The notes under the pieces: generated by a model | The model's database searches: none | What the model was told of the DNA's origin: nothing | What the model saw: only the letters and a program-made list of their open reading frames with translations | Position numbers and translations under genes: made by a program | From: Callorhinchus milii | Lineage: Eukaryota | Direction of reading: 5' to 3' | NCBI RefSeq assembly: GCF_018977255.1 | Contig: NW_024704743.1 | Span: forward strand, 16,494,001-16,558,000 | DNA: 64,000 nucleotides | In this document: one piece after another, positions 36,988 through 49,319 of the stretch | Layout of the letters: each line of letters opens with the position of its first letter | Numbering within the stretch: the first letter of the stretch is position 1

Positions 36988-39828
36988 TATTCTGTAAAGT
37001 AAATTGACTGTATATTTTGTGGGTGAAATGTGGCAGCCAATTGTGCACAGCAGTGTCCCACAAACTGTCGTGGATTGTATGACCAAATATTTGATTTAAA
37101 AACATTTTTGGGATGGCTGCTGGATCCATTCAAATTTTTAAGACTGATGTGGATAGATATTTGTTAGGTAAGGATATCAAGGGATATGGGGCAAAAGCGG
37201 GTAACTGGAGTTGAGGTACAGATCAGCAATGGTCTAATAGAATGGTGGAACAAGCTAGAGGGGCTGAATGACCAACTCCTGTTCCTATGTTCTATGTAAA
37301 TCCCTCAACCCTAAATGGACATCTTTCAGAAATATTCTGTGGAACAAATTGGAGCTGGGACAAATTTAATAAAAATGCTCTAAAATGAATCAGTGGAAAA
37401 ATTAAAAGATTGGTATAATAATCCTTGCATTTATTATAGTGGTCTATTGTGTTAGGAGGAATTCTCAAAGCGTCTCACAAGATTTATTATGAAGTACAGT
37501 GACTGGATTTTGTAGCCAAATTTGGCAGCCAATTTATGGACAGCAATGTCTGAAAATCAGCAATGAAGTGAATAGCCAATTTTCTTTGAGCGATTGTTGA
37601 CCAGGACACCGGGAGAAATACTGTTCTTTTCAAATAGTGCCATCGGATTTTTAAAGTCCATTTGAACTGTCAGGTGAGACCTTCGTTTACGGTCTTATCC
37701 ACAGGATAGCACTTCCATCAATTCAGCGTCAACCCAGCCTCTAGGAATTCAAAGCACCAATGTGGGGCATGCTTCCCACAACCATGTGCCTCATAGGTAA
37801 GAGTGCTACCAACTGAGCTACGCTGACAACCAATTTTAAGAAAAAAAGAAAGATATATAAAACTTGTTGGACCTATGGGCTAAGTTTAATTCCATGCAGA
37901 GCAGGTGAAAATATTAGGCAAGAGGAAGAGAATTAGAAAGGGAAAAAGATAACAGCTATAAAATGTAATAGCTTGTAGGAACTTAGACCATATAGGACCA
38001 GAAAAGATAATTGTGGACTGTCTGGCCGTGCCAAAGTAAAGAAATAAAATAAAACTATTAATAAATAATCCCAGACTACTCAATCTCTCATATCTCTCAA
38101 TTGATTTCTTATTCAAATGGCGGTTTAATTCCATCCTGAATCTGCTGTCTGGCTCCCCCACCTCCCTGGTTTATCTATTCCATATAATCACCATTGTCTA
38201 TGTGAAGTAATTAAGTCTGTTGCTGTTGCTCACCTTTCATCTGCTGTGCTAAAGTCTGAGTCCACTTGTTCCAGAATCTGAACCATATTAAAATATCATA
38301 TAAAGGTCCTGTTCATCTTAAGATCTTGAATGCTTCAATAATGTCTCCCCTGAGCCCTGTCCTTTCCCGTGTGAATATTCTCAGCTTCTGTAGTCTTTTT
38401 CCCCAGTTTTATTTTTTCAGAATTTGGCCACATTAAATATAATTTTCTGCTTGGTTTAACAATTATTGAAGAATGGACTGCAGTTGCCAGATCTAGTTTT
38501 GAAACCCTTCTTGAAGAATGGAATCATATTTATTTGCCTTCAATCTGTTGCAGCCTCTCTGATATTCATTGATTCCTTTAATATAAATGTTAGCGATGCA
38601 CTAATCTCTCCTTGTCACTGAAGTGTGCCTGGGTACAGGTCATTCGCCCAGAGATTATTTGATTTATGATATCATTTCACTTCATGGCTATTTGTGGGAC
38701 ATTGCTGTGAGCAAATTGGTTGTAGTGTTTGCCTACAAAATACATAGCTGCTACATTTTACAATATGTCCGGTAAAGCGCTTTGAGACATTCTCCCAATG
38801 TGAAAAGAGAATATCAAATGCAAGGATTATTATTATTACTATTTGATTTTCAACCTCTTGAGCCTATGTGGAACTGTGCCTCATTAATGTCAACGTCTGA
38901 AAACTCAAACAAATTGTGCTGGATGCTACATGGGATTATGTAGGAATTTGGGTAAAGAAGAAAGATGAAAAGCTCATTGAGCCTATTCAACCTCAGAATT
39001 TCCCTAATCCCACTTCTTAGCCCTCTCGCTTTACCCTTTAATATTTCTGTCCATTCCAAAACAATTTGACAGTTTGTGAGAATTAATTTCACCTCAGTCC
39101 CAACTCATTTAGCCTTACATTTAATGACTAATTGGCTTATAAGAGAAAAAAATTGTGCTCTGCTATTTTGTCCATTACCTTCACAATTCTGAACCTCAAT
39201 TAAATTCCCTTCATCCTCCAGGCAATAGTTTCTCCAACATGCCCACCATCATTTACCCCATCTCTAGTGTGACTCATGTTACACTCTCCCCAGAGCCAGT
39301 ATATCCTTTCTATGGTGAAATAGACAGAACTGATCACAGTACTTTATTCTATAGACTTTGATGCTATTCCCTTTAACTGTCTGATCTCTAATCTGTAAAG
39401 CTTATATTTCTCTCATTTTACTGACTCTCAGCCTCAAGTACCTGCCATTGCTCTAGAATGCTTCCTGTTGCCTGTTAAACTTATTGATCCTGTTTTCAAA
39501 TATTTTGAGCAGCTGAAGTGCAACAGACGTGAGATTATAGACCAAATTTCTTGACATTCAATAAATATCTTGAGTTTGCAAATTCACATTTGCAGTCAGG
39601 TACTTCAGTTCATTTCAATCTCCTTGAAATCTCCTGTTCAGATTTCAATTCCTTTCTTATCTGCCCATGAATCTAGACTGAAGACATTGATGTTTGGTGA
39701 GTGCATTTTATGTTCTCATATCTTAGCCTTTCTCTTTTTATGATGGGAGCGGCCTAAATTTGGAACTGGATTGGATTAATTAATTCTTGTCTCTGACTGG
39801 AATTTGCTCCAAGGCTCAATTCTGAATG

Positions 39829-40139
39829 GATAATAATAATAATCCTTGCATTTGATATAGCGCCTTATCACATCGTTGAGATGTCTTCAAGCGCTTCACA
39901 GAATGTACTGTAAATAACTGTATTTTCTGGGTGGAATGTGGCAACCAATTGCAAACAACAGTGTTCCACAAACAGTCATGGATTGAGTGACCAATTTTTT
40001 TTATGGGTTAATTATCCCCATAAAGCAATCCACCAATCGATTAACAACTGGGTTCCTACTTACTGCTAGGTAAACAGAGGCGCGTGGACTAAGGAAAGTT
40101 GACTTTGGTTTTGACCCGCCTGAGAATTAAACCTGGGTC
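39829..40139 (-). mobile_element. Family A SINE (long form, head truncated)
   Basis: Same tail and core plus the internal tagcagtaagtaggaacccagttg segment. Confidence 0.87.
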
Positions 40140-43072
40140 ATCTTGATGTATCTGATCAGACACTTCTCAAAGATCACGTTAAATTGTTTAATGCGAAAGA
40201 TGAGAATTTATGATCTGTAGAGAATATTAGATTCCCGTGAAAGGAATACATGTCCAAACCCTGTTGTATATCAACAACAACAACCAAATTACATTTGTAT
40301 AGTGGGTTTCATATCGGGAGGATGGAGACTATTCTCATTTAAGTGGTCTTTTTTTTGTTCCAATTTCATCCTTTTCTTTCTCTTGGAAGTCAAAATTCAT
40401 GTAATGAAAGTGAGAAAGCAGGCATAAGTATAGATTGCTTCCATCTGTAGGTACTGAATTGAAGTGGAGATGAAACTAAATGCTCCTAAAGGTAGTAGCA
40501 TCCTTTCTCACATCCAAAGCAACACAAAAGATTGCCATTGTAATACTGACACTGGGACTAAAGTGATGAAAGAGTGTGGGAGGTCATATGGTGTGCGGCA
40601 GGATGTGAAAATTTGATTTCTCACTTAACAAACTAGTACAAAAAAAAACTGGAGCAGAAAGAAATGGATAAGTTAGTGTATACTTGAGATAATTGAAATA
40701 GATCAAAATGTTGCAGAGAGGAAATGAGTTGGTTTATATAATAAGCGACAAACTATAGTTCCCTGCATGAAAGTTAAAGCCATATACAGTATTTTGAGCA
40801 CAAAAAAAAGCTAGGAGAGAATAATCCCCGTCATTTACAGGCTGGAGAGTCATGCTGAGCACCACACCTGGAGTGAACAACATCAGTTATTAACTCCAAT
40901 CTCTTCTCCATAGACTGGGCACAATTTATGATTTGGGCACAAGGTTGATCTACACAAGATTAGAATTATTACTTTCAATGAATAAATTTGTGAGGTGCAA
41001 AGCCGTAAATTATTGTCTTTCTTTTCAGTAGCTTTACATTGTCTAGACATGTTAAATGATCAATAATTATATTTAAAATCTTTTCCCTTTCCATCTCTAT
41101 TGATGGACAGCGCTTCATTTTACACAGGAAGAGCTGTCACTGTTTCCATTTTCGGTATGCAATACCCTTTGTATTTATCGGGATTTTTATCCCTCTTTGA
41201 TTGTTTTTAATGGATTGTGCAATCTTAAAGGTTACTGATAGTTTAAATTTTAATAATTTATGCTGGGATACATGAAATGTAATTGATGTTCCAGTAAATG
41301 TGATGTAAATCATTTACCAGAACTGCAAGCCCTGCCTTCTCGAGTGATATCTCTTTGACTGTGCCTTTGGTCAACATCTTTAAATCTTTCATTGCCCTGC
41401 CATACAATGTCTGTCACGCACTATCATTGTCAAGGACTCTGAGTCTTTTCTGTGGAAGCTGGTATACAAATGCAGGATGTCGGCCTGACTCAGCAGGTAG
41501 CACGCTGTCATCTTTAAGTCAGAGGGTATAGGTCAAGCCATCCAACAGAACTTTGAAATTACAATCTCGGCAGACACTCCAATACAATGCTGGAGGCATG
41601 TTGTATTGCTGGAAGTGTCGTCCTTCATGTGAGAGGTTAATTCAAGATTCTATCTGCATATTCAGGTGGATGTTAAAAGTTCCTACGGCACTATTCAAAA
41701 CGAGAAGGGAGTTTCTCTCAGTGTTCTGGCCAGCAATCACCCAGATAACATTGGTCATTCACTTCATAGGTATTTATGGGAAATGGTTATGTGGAAATTG
41801 GCTCCTGCTTTTGCCTACAAAATACACAGTCACTACACCTAAAAGTATATCGTGCAAAGTACTTTGAGACATCAACCCAATATGATAGGCACTGTATCAA
41901 GTGTAAGGGTTATTATGTTTAGTAAAAAGCACAAATAGAGCAATGCTCATTTCATTTTGGAAAAGTAGCAGGTGTGAGAGTACTACTGGGCTTTACATTG
42001 GAATATTAAGGAATTATGGTTCAAATCATTTGCTATGTTTGGCATAAGTCCTGCTGTAGCCTTTGGCTCCAGGAAGACGCCACATGGTGCATTTATTTCT
42101 ATTTTTACAATGTGGGCTGTAAGAAGCTCTGCCAAAACCACCGCACAGTGAATTCAGGAAAAAGCAAACATTGATAATAATAATCCTTGCATTTGATATA
42201 GCACCTCATCATGTCTTTGAGATGTCTCAAAGTGCTTCACAGAATATACTGTAAAGTTAATTGTATATTTTGTGGGTGAAACAATACCCTGGTGGCATAA
42301 ATGGATATATATTAATGGAAGGTCATGATAAATTAATGAATGTAGGATTATTATTTTATTTTAATTTGGGTGTACCACAATGGTCTTTTCCAATCTGGGA
42401 GTTGGGAATGTAGCTCAGGATCGGAATAGGGATCGAGGCTATGGGATGGAAATAAGAAATAATGATTACAGGCTGAAAATTGGGATCATGCATAGAGGTT
42501 GGAAGAAGGGAATGATGACTGTAGGATGGTAGAAGGGATCATACTAAATGGATGGAACTCAGGTATGAGGGCTGTGAATACGAATCTTGGCTCTGAGATG
42601 GAAATGGGGAATTGTGGCTCTGGACTGCCAGAAGTAATTGTGGGAAATGAGTGAGCACCTCGGTCCACTCTGCTTTTGAAATGCTTGATAAATATTATCC
42701 AATGGATTGCATGCCTATATGCAGCTTATGTCCCATCTACAACGATTGGAGGCAGCAACAGTATCAGAGCAATGCAACGCATAGAAACTTACCGTTTCCA
42801 CTTGACCTTTCTGTACTGACAGTAGAGCTGAATAAAATGAGAAAATATTGGTCACAGGCTTGTTATTCTGACCCAAAAAGCAATCTCTCTTATATGAGAA
42901 ACATCTTATTGTTGTAATGGGAGATCTGTAAGGTGGATGTTCTAGAAGAGTGAGATCAAATGGGCTGAAGGGCCTTCTTCATTGGAACCTCTCTTATGAT
43001 CCTGTGATGTTGTTATCCTCAAATACTGGCTATAGTCTACACTCCCTATAGGAGTTGGGAACACAGAAATCT

Positions 43073-43520
43073 GCAACAAAAACAACAACATTACATTTGT
43101 ATAGTGCCTTTCCCGTTAGGAGGACGTCAAGGCATTGGACAATCAGTGTTTTGGACCCGAGCTGGGAGTCGGGATCGGGGGGGGGGGGGGGGGGGGGTGA
43201 AGGGCAGGAGGGTGATCGAAGATACGAAGGTCGAAGAGGAGGATCTTGAGATCAATCTTGAAGAAGGGAGGGCAGAGGCTGAAGGACTGTGGGGTGGAGT
43301 GGACAAGCAGGGAGTTTGCATCCTGGATGCATAATTAGCCTGGGTGTTATGAATGTATGTATGAGGGTTTCGGCAGCCTGCAGTGTGAGACAGTGGTGAA
43401 GCTGGGCGATGTTGCAAAGGTGGGGGGATGGCAGAGTGGGTAATGGCACGGATGTGGGTTAGAAAGGATAGTTGAGGGTCAAAAAAGACACCAAGGTTCT
43501 GGACTGACTTAGTAATGTGG
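43073..43520 (-). mobile_element. L2 LINE 3' fragment with internal deletions
   Basis: (AAC)n tail, poly-G, AAETLIHTFITPRL on the minus strand. Confidence 0.82.
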
Positions 43521-46319
43521 AGTGTCCATCTTTGGATGGTGATGTATACAACTGTTTACAGGCAATCTTTTCACTGACTGATAGGTAGAGAAAGCATTCC
43601 TGTTGCCTGAAGCACTACTGACTGTATCCTTTTAGAACATTATCATACAGTGAAAAAAGGAAGGGTTTGGACTGGACGGACTGGACAGCGCTCCATGATT
43701 TTTCCTATTAATAGTTTTCTTTCAACAACAGATTCCCTTGAATTTTGAATTGTCTGGTTTCCGGTTTGAACTGAATTCAGAGGAAATTGTAGGTTTGCGC
43801 TAAAAAAAAGCCTCATTTTACCAAAGGAAGCAAAGATTGAGGATGTCAACCGCATTCCCCTTGGGTGGTTAGGACTGTAATTGGATCAAGATTGACATGC
43901 CCTAATTAGCCTTCATGTTATCATGGTGTAATAAATGTTTAACTAAAAGGAAGGAGTGTATCCCCCCCTCCATTAAAACAGAAACCATGACAATGCCAAT
44001 TAGGCTTAATTTAAACACCTCCTTATGTGCATTGGTTTTGAATATTGTTTGTTATTTTGTTCCGATGACATCATGACGGTAGGATTGGGGGTGGGGGGCT
44101 CGGGAGTGTCTATCTTGAAGGATATATCGATTGCCACAATGTGAAGCCGCTAATTAAGTTGAATTATCACAATGACTAATCCACAGGGCGAGAGCTTTCC
44201 CTGTGTGTACAATGATTCAGTTTGCCCATACTGGTATCTCGATGACTTCTCCATGCAGTTCCCATTAACAGCGATCCCTGTTTAAACAGAAAATAAAATT
44301 AAATCACTGCAGAAATCAAAATTGATCCTTGTCTTTTATTGGCTGTAATCTACATAATCACTACCCTTTACTGTAAAATCCTATGCTTTGATATGTCGTC
44401 CCTACGTAAAGATGCTGTATTGAAATGCAAGGATTATTATTATTCTCAGAGGTCCTGATGGTGAAATTTCTGCTTTAAATAGTAGTCAATGCAACACATC
44501 AGTAATGTAATAATTACTGAACTTGCAACTTACATTTATGTATATAGTACGCAATATGTACATAATACTAATGTAAAAGTGGTCCTATAGTCAGATGCAT
44601 AACTGAATTCCAGTTTGCTCCTAATAGACTTTGTGAAGACAAATGATAAGAGATGAATAATTAATAACCAGCTATACCTCTATAATTTGTGTTTTGATTA
44701 GTAATTCAGAATGATTTCATGTAATTGCAGTTAATACTCTTTTTAAGATGGGGCGCACATCGGTGTCAATGAATCGGTGTTTATTCCGAGAGAAAATATG
44801 GTGCGGTTGGTTATACTCACTTTTCTGAGGAAGGGAATCTGAGAACTCGTGGTCACTCTGAATCCTTTGTCTGTCAATCATTTGCTTGTTCAACACTGAC
44901 TCCAAAATATCGACATTAACATGAAACTGATTGCAGTTCGGTTCCTAGCTTCCTGCCTGGTCTTGTTCCTAAGGGTGGGTTTGAGTTGTAACCTCCAATA
45001 GAATAATTTCATACACATTTCTGCAAAGTGGCAGAATTAATAGGGTTATTCATGGCTGCTTATTTCCTTTACGTATCCATTCATCTACAAATAGCTCTAT
45101 TAAATGAGGTAGAAGCTCTGGGCAGAAATAATAGTGGAAAGATTACAATCATAGACATTTTTCCAAATTTAGTCATTGTAATCTGAAAAGTAGGTTATTT
45201 TAAGGTGGCATTTGAGGCATTTGTAACCACTTAGAAAATTCCAAATACGACTCAATTTGTCTGGCTCAAATTGAAATTATATTCCATGTAGGCTAGAGGA
45301 GCCTAGTTTAATACATAACAGCACTGTAGATAATCAGAAATTTTCAGGATATAAGAACCCATTTGGTTCATCTTGTCTGTTGTAATAATAACAATATCCT
45401 TGCATTTAATGTAGCACCTTATCACGTCTTTGAGATGTCTCAAAGCGCTTCACAGAATATACTGTAAAGTGTAGTGACTGTATTTTGCGGGCAAAACGCA
45501 GCAGCCAATTGCACGTAGCAACGGCCTACAGACAGTCTTGGATTGAGTGACCAAGTTACCACACTACTCACATGGCTTTGAGCTGACACACTCTCACTCA
45601 ACCCAGCATTGGACCTGGACCTCAAGAACATCAAGGTGATTAGCACATAACAAGCTGTTCTGTAAAGGTCTGCCCGCAACGCTGAAGGCCGATGCCCATC
45701 AGACAGCTGCTGGAAAGCGTTACCTGGATTCAGAGTTCATGAACACAAGTTTGTATGTCCAGAGTCTGGAATCCACCCTGATTGGCCATCAGAAAGGCAA
45801 GCAGCTGCTGCTTAAACTCCGCACCTCCAACTGGTGGAACCATCGCTTAACAGGAAGACAGGAAGAAGGTGGCAATGCTCTCACACATTTTATGCTGAGA
45901 TGTATTGCCCACCAGGAAGCTCACGGGGAGTTCCTTGTACCTACCATCCACTGAGCGCGGGCTCCAACCTGCGCTTGTCGGATTTCGAATGGCCAGCTAG
46001 TGACTGTCCTCCTTGGGGGAGGTAAGCACTGTATCATTGGAACTGAACTGGCTCCAAGGTGAGTTGCCTGGTAATGGAATGGTGTAATAGAGCCAGCCCT
46101 TTGCGGTGGTCTCGGTAGTCCAGTTCCTGAGCCAGGCAGGTCCGCAGTAATGGAGGGCACTGCTCATGACAGCACAGCCAGTTTGGCTCATCGGCAGCAC
46201 CCGGTAATGAGTCATCCCACCCAGTTCCCGTTAACCTTGCAAGTCAAAGCACTAACTAATAGAGTGGTCCTAGATGGACATGCAGCGGGAAAGCTTGACG
46301 GACAGCAATATCAATGGCA

Positions 46320-46575
46320 ACCAGGGTTTAGCTGGTTAGACTCCAGCAGAACCCCAATGCACACTTGGGATCTCCAAGCCTTGGCTTTTGCCAACCTGTG
46401 CCTAACACTTTCCGGAATTAGGTAAGTTGGATGCGTCCCTCCAGGGAGAGCGCACACATTCTATTCCAACAATCTATCTCTGGGATTTCCATGTGTAGGT
46501 GGGATGCCTGGAAATCTCAGCTTGGTTTGGATACCCTTAAGTATGGTGATGGGTTTCCGCATTTGTCAGACATCT
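46320..46575 (-). mobile_element. Unclassified interspersed repeat, probably a decayed non-LTR retrotransposon; second copy at ~54245-54498
   Basis: Two clearly alignable copies 8 kb apart in the same orientation. Minus-strand translation is only weakly reminiscent of a LINE post-RT region. Confidence 0.55.
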
Positions 46576-49002
46576 GCTGCCCCCCAAAAATTGGGACTTT
46601 AAACCGAGGCTCCTTCTGCCTAAGAACTTCAAAACAATGCGCTGCATGAAGGGAGTTATATAAATGCAAATTGTTGTTGTTCAGGTGGACATTAAAGATC
46701 CCTTGAAACTATTTGAAAAAAGGAGGAGTTTCTCCCAGAGTCCCGGCCAGCAATCCTCCAGATAAAATTGATCATGCACTTCATGGCTGTTTATGGGACA
46801 TCTCTGTGCACACATTGGCTGCCACATTTGTTTGTATTATTAAGCACTCCGAGACACTATCCGGCGTGAATGGCGCTATATAAATGTGAATGTAAGTTGT
46901 TGTTATAGAGAACACTCAACAGTAAATCTTGTGAAGCGGTTTGGACATCCTCCAAATGCAACAGTTATTATTATTATTGTATTATTACAATTTAAATCAT
47001 TCTGTAGAGGTCATTTCTAAAAAAAAATTTGTGATGGTTCAGCCAGACCATAACACTGCCACTTTACATGTGAAACAATGTTACTTTTCCTAATATATTT
47101 GAGCTTCCTAAGATGGCTACTTTTTGCAGGAGGTTGATATTTTGTTCATTTGGTATTTTGTCAAGCCACTTTTGTCTTATTAACATTCCCGGTTGCACCG
47201 ATGACTATAGGAACTATGTTTTACATTGCCACGTACGTCCGCATTAAATTAGTAGATCGATATATTTCCTGATTTTCTCCAGTCCTTATTTTTCCCCATT
47301 GTAATCACTTGTGATAGCCACATTAATAATCTATATGTGCAAACTATTTGATTCTTTATTTTTCTCTCCCCCCTCCCTCCCACACGCACACACACACACC
47401 ATCTCCCCTTCCCAATCACACCACTTTACAGTACTATACAGCATGATATATTAAATGCAAGGGTGTCCCTCTCTCTTAAACCATGACTGTTTGTGGGATG
47501 TTACTGTGAGCAATTGGCTGCCACATTTCGCCCACAAGATACACAGTCACTACACTTTACAGTATATTCTGTGAAGCGCTTTGAGACGTCTTGATGACAT
47601 GATCAGGCGCTATATTCAAATGCAAGATTATTATTATATTATCATTATGATAATACCTGGTCTGTTACAAATTGTCCAGTGAATATAGTTAGCTACGTTA
47701 TTATGTCTAATCAGATACTTTGTTTATGCTAGGGCTGGGCATAACATGAAAAATAATGATAATTATTTTTATTATTTTCTTGTTGTTCCCTTCAGAATTT
47801 TAAACACCTCTGCCATATCCCCTCTCAACCTACTCTGTTCACTAAAAAAACGCACCAATTTAGCCAACCTTTCTTCATATATACTTTGTTTCATATCTGA
47901 TATTATCCTAGTCAATTTGCTGCACCATCTTGTTCTCTATCACATTCTTCTTGTATTAGGGTGGCTAACCTTGACTACAATACTACATCTGCAGCAGAAC
48001 TAATGTTGAATACAAAACTAATCATATCCGTGCTATTCAGATATCTGGCAATAGTTCAAAGGCTCATTTCTCCACTCCCAGCAGCTAATTCTCCATCTTC
48101 TAATTCTCCAGAGAGGACTTGGATGAAATAAGTACCAAGAATAAAATGCTTTGAAATTGCTATGGAGCCTGTCAAATCTCCACGATTGAATAATGCTAAC
48201 CTTTGGTTTATTTTACCTACAAAATAACAATAATGATTCCATTAATCAACTCATTTACCAACAAAATAGTCAATAGCCAGTTGCATTACCAAAACAGTGC
48301 CACATTTCCATTGTAGCCACAAAAACAAGCAATTTCAGGCCTTTTACTCCATTTCTTATGTTACACCAGAGATACATTGTCCCCATTACACCAGAAATCA
48401 GATAGATACAGGTTCATTGCCCTTATTACAATAACAAATTGCATTTGTATAGTGTCTTTCACGTCATGAGGACATCCCAAGGTGCTGGACTTTCAGGGAT
48501 TTGGGCCCAAGCGTGTGAGGTTGAATCTTAGAACATTTGACTGCAAGTTAAATTATCATTATTATTCTGGCATTAGGTAGATCACTGGTGGGGTCATTGT
48601 TGGACTAATGTGTGCATGTTTTGGCATGTTACCTTCAGTAGCACATTAATGTAGGAACATATGGATTGAAATTCAGGACAACATTACATGTTGTAAGGGA
48701 CTTTAACTGCAATGATTCAGTGTTGAGTTCACTCTCTCTTCATTAACGCTTGATAGCGTCTAATTTATTGGTGTGAAGAGCAGACCGTTGAGAGTTTAAT
48801 AACTTGTACACACAATGGTTCAAGGAACTGAACAGACCCTTGTGTTTCTTGTTCTGTTAATTACCACCAGCTTGAAAATTCAGGATGCAAAAGCAAGGCT
48901 GACGTCGTGTTTCACCCACCAAATATAGTCAATTCACTTTACAGTAAATTCTGTGAAGCGCTTTGAGACGTCTCAAAGATGTGATAAGACGTTATGTAAG
49001 GC

Positions 49003-49319
49003 GGAATCCTGTAGCTCAGTGGTTAGAGCACTCGCCTTGCAAGCGAGACACCTGGGGTCAATTCCAGGCAGGGCGAAACCTTGGACAAGTTTTTTTACTC
49101 CACACGCCTAATAATAATCTCTCCAAAACAAAACAATAATAAATTGGTCATTTTCAATCCACGACTGTTTGTAGGACACTGCTGTGCGCAATTGGCTGCC
49201 GCGTTTCGCCCACAAATATACGGTCAATCCACTTTATAGTCTATTCTGTGAAGTGCTTTGAGACGTCGAGAAGACGTGAAAAGCGCTATATCAAATGCAA
49301 GGATTATTATTATTATTAT
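49003..49319 (+). mobile_element. Young full-length family A SINE (short form), directly behind another SINE tail (48895-48996)
   Basis: Intact tRNA-like head with stem CTCGC/GCGAG, CpGs retained, perfect (ATT)n tail. Confidence 0.92.
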
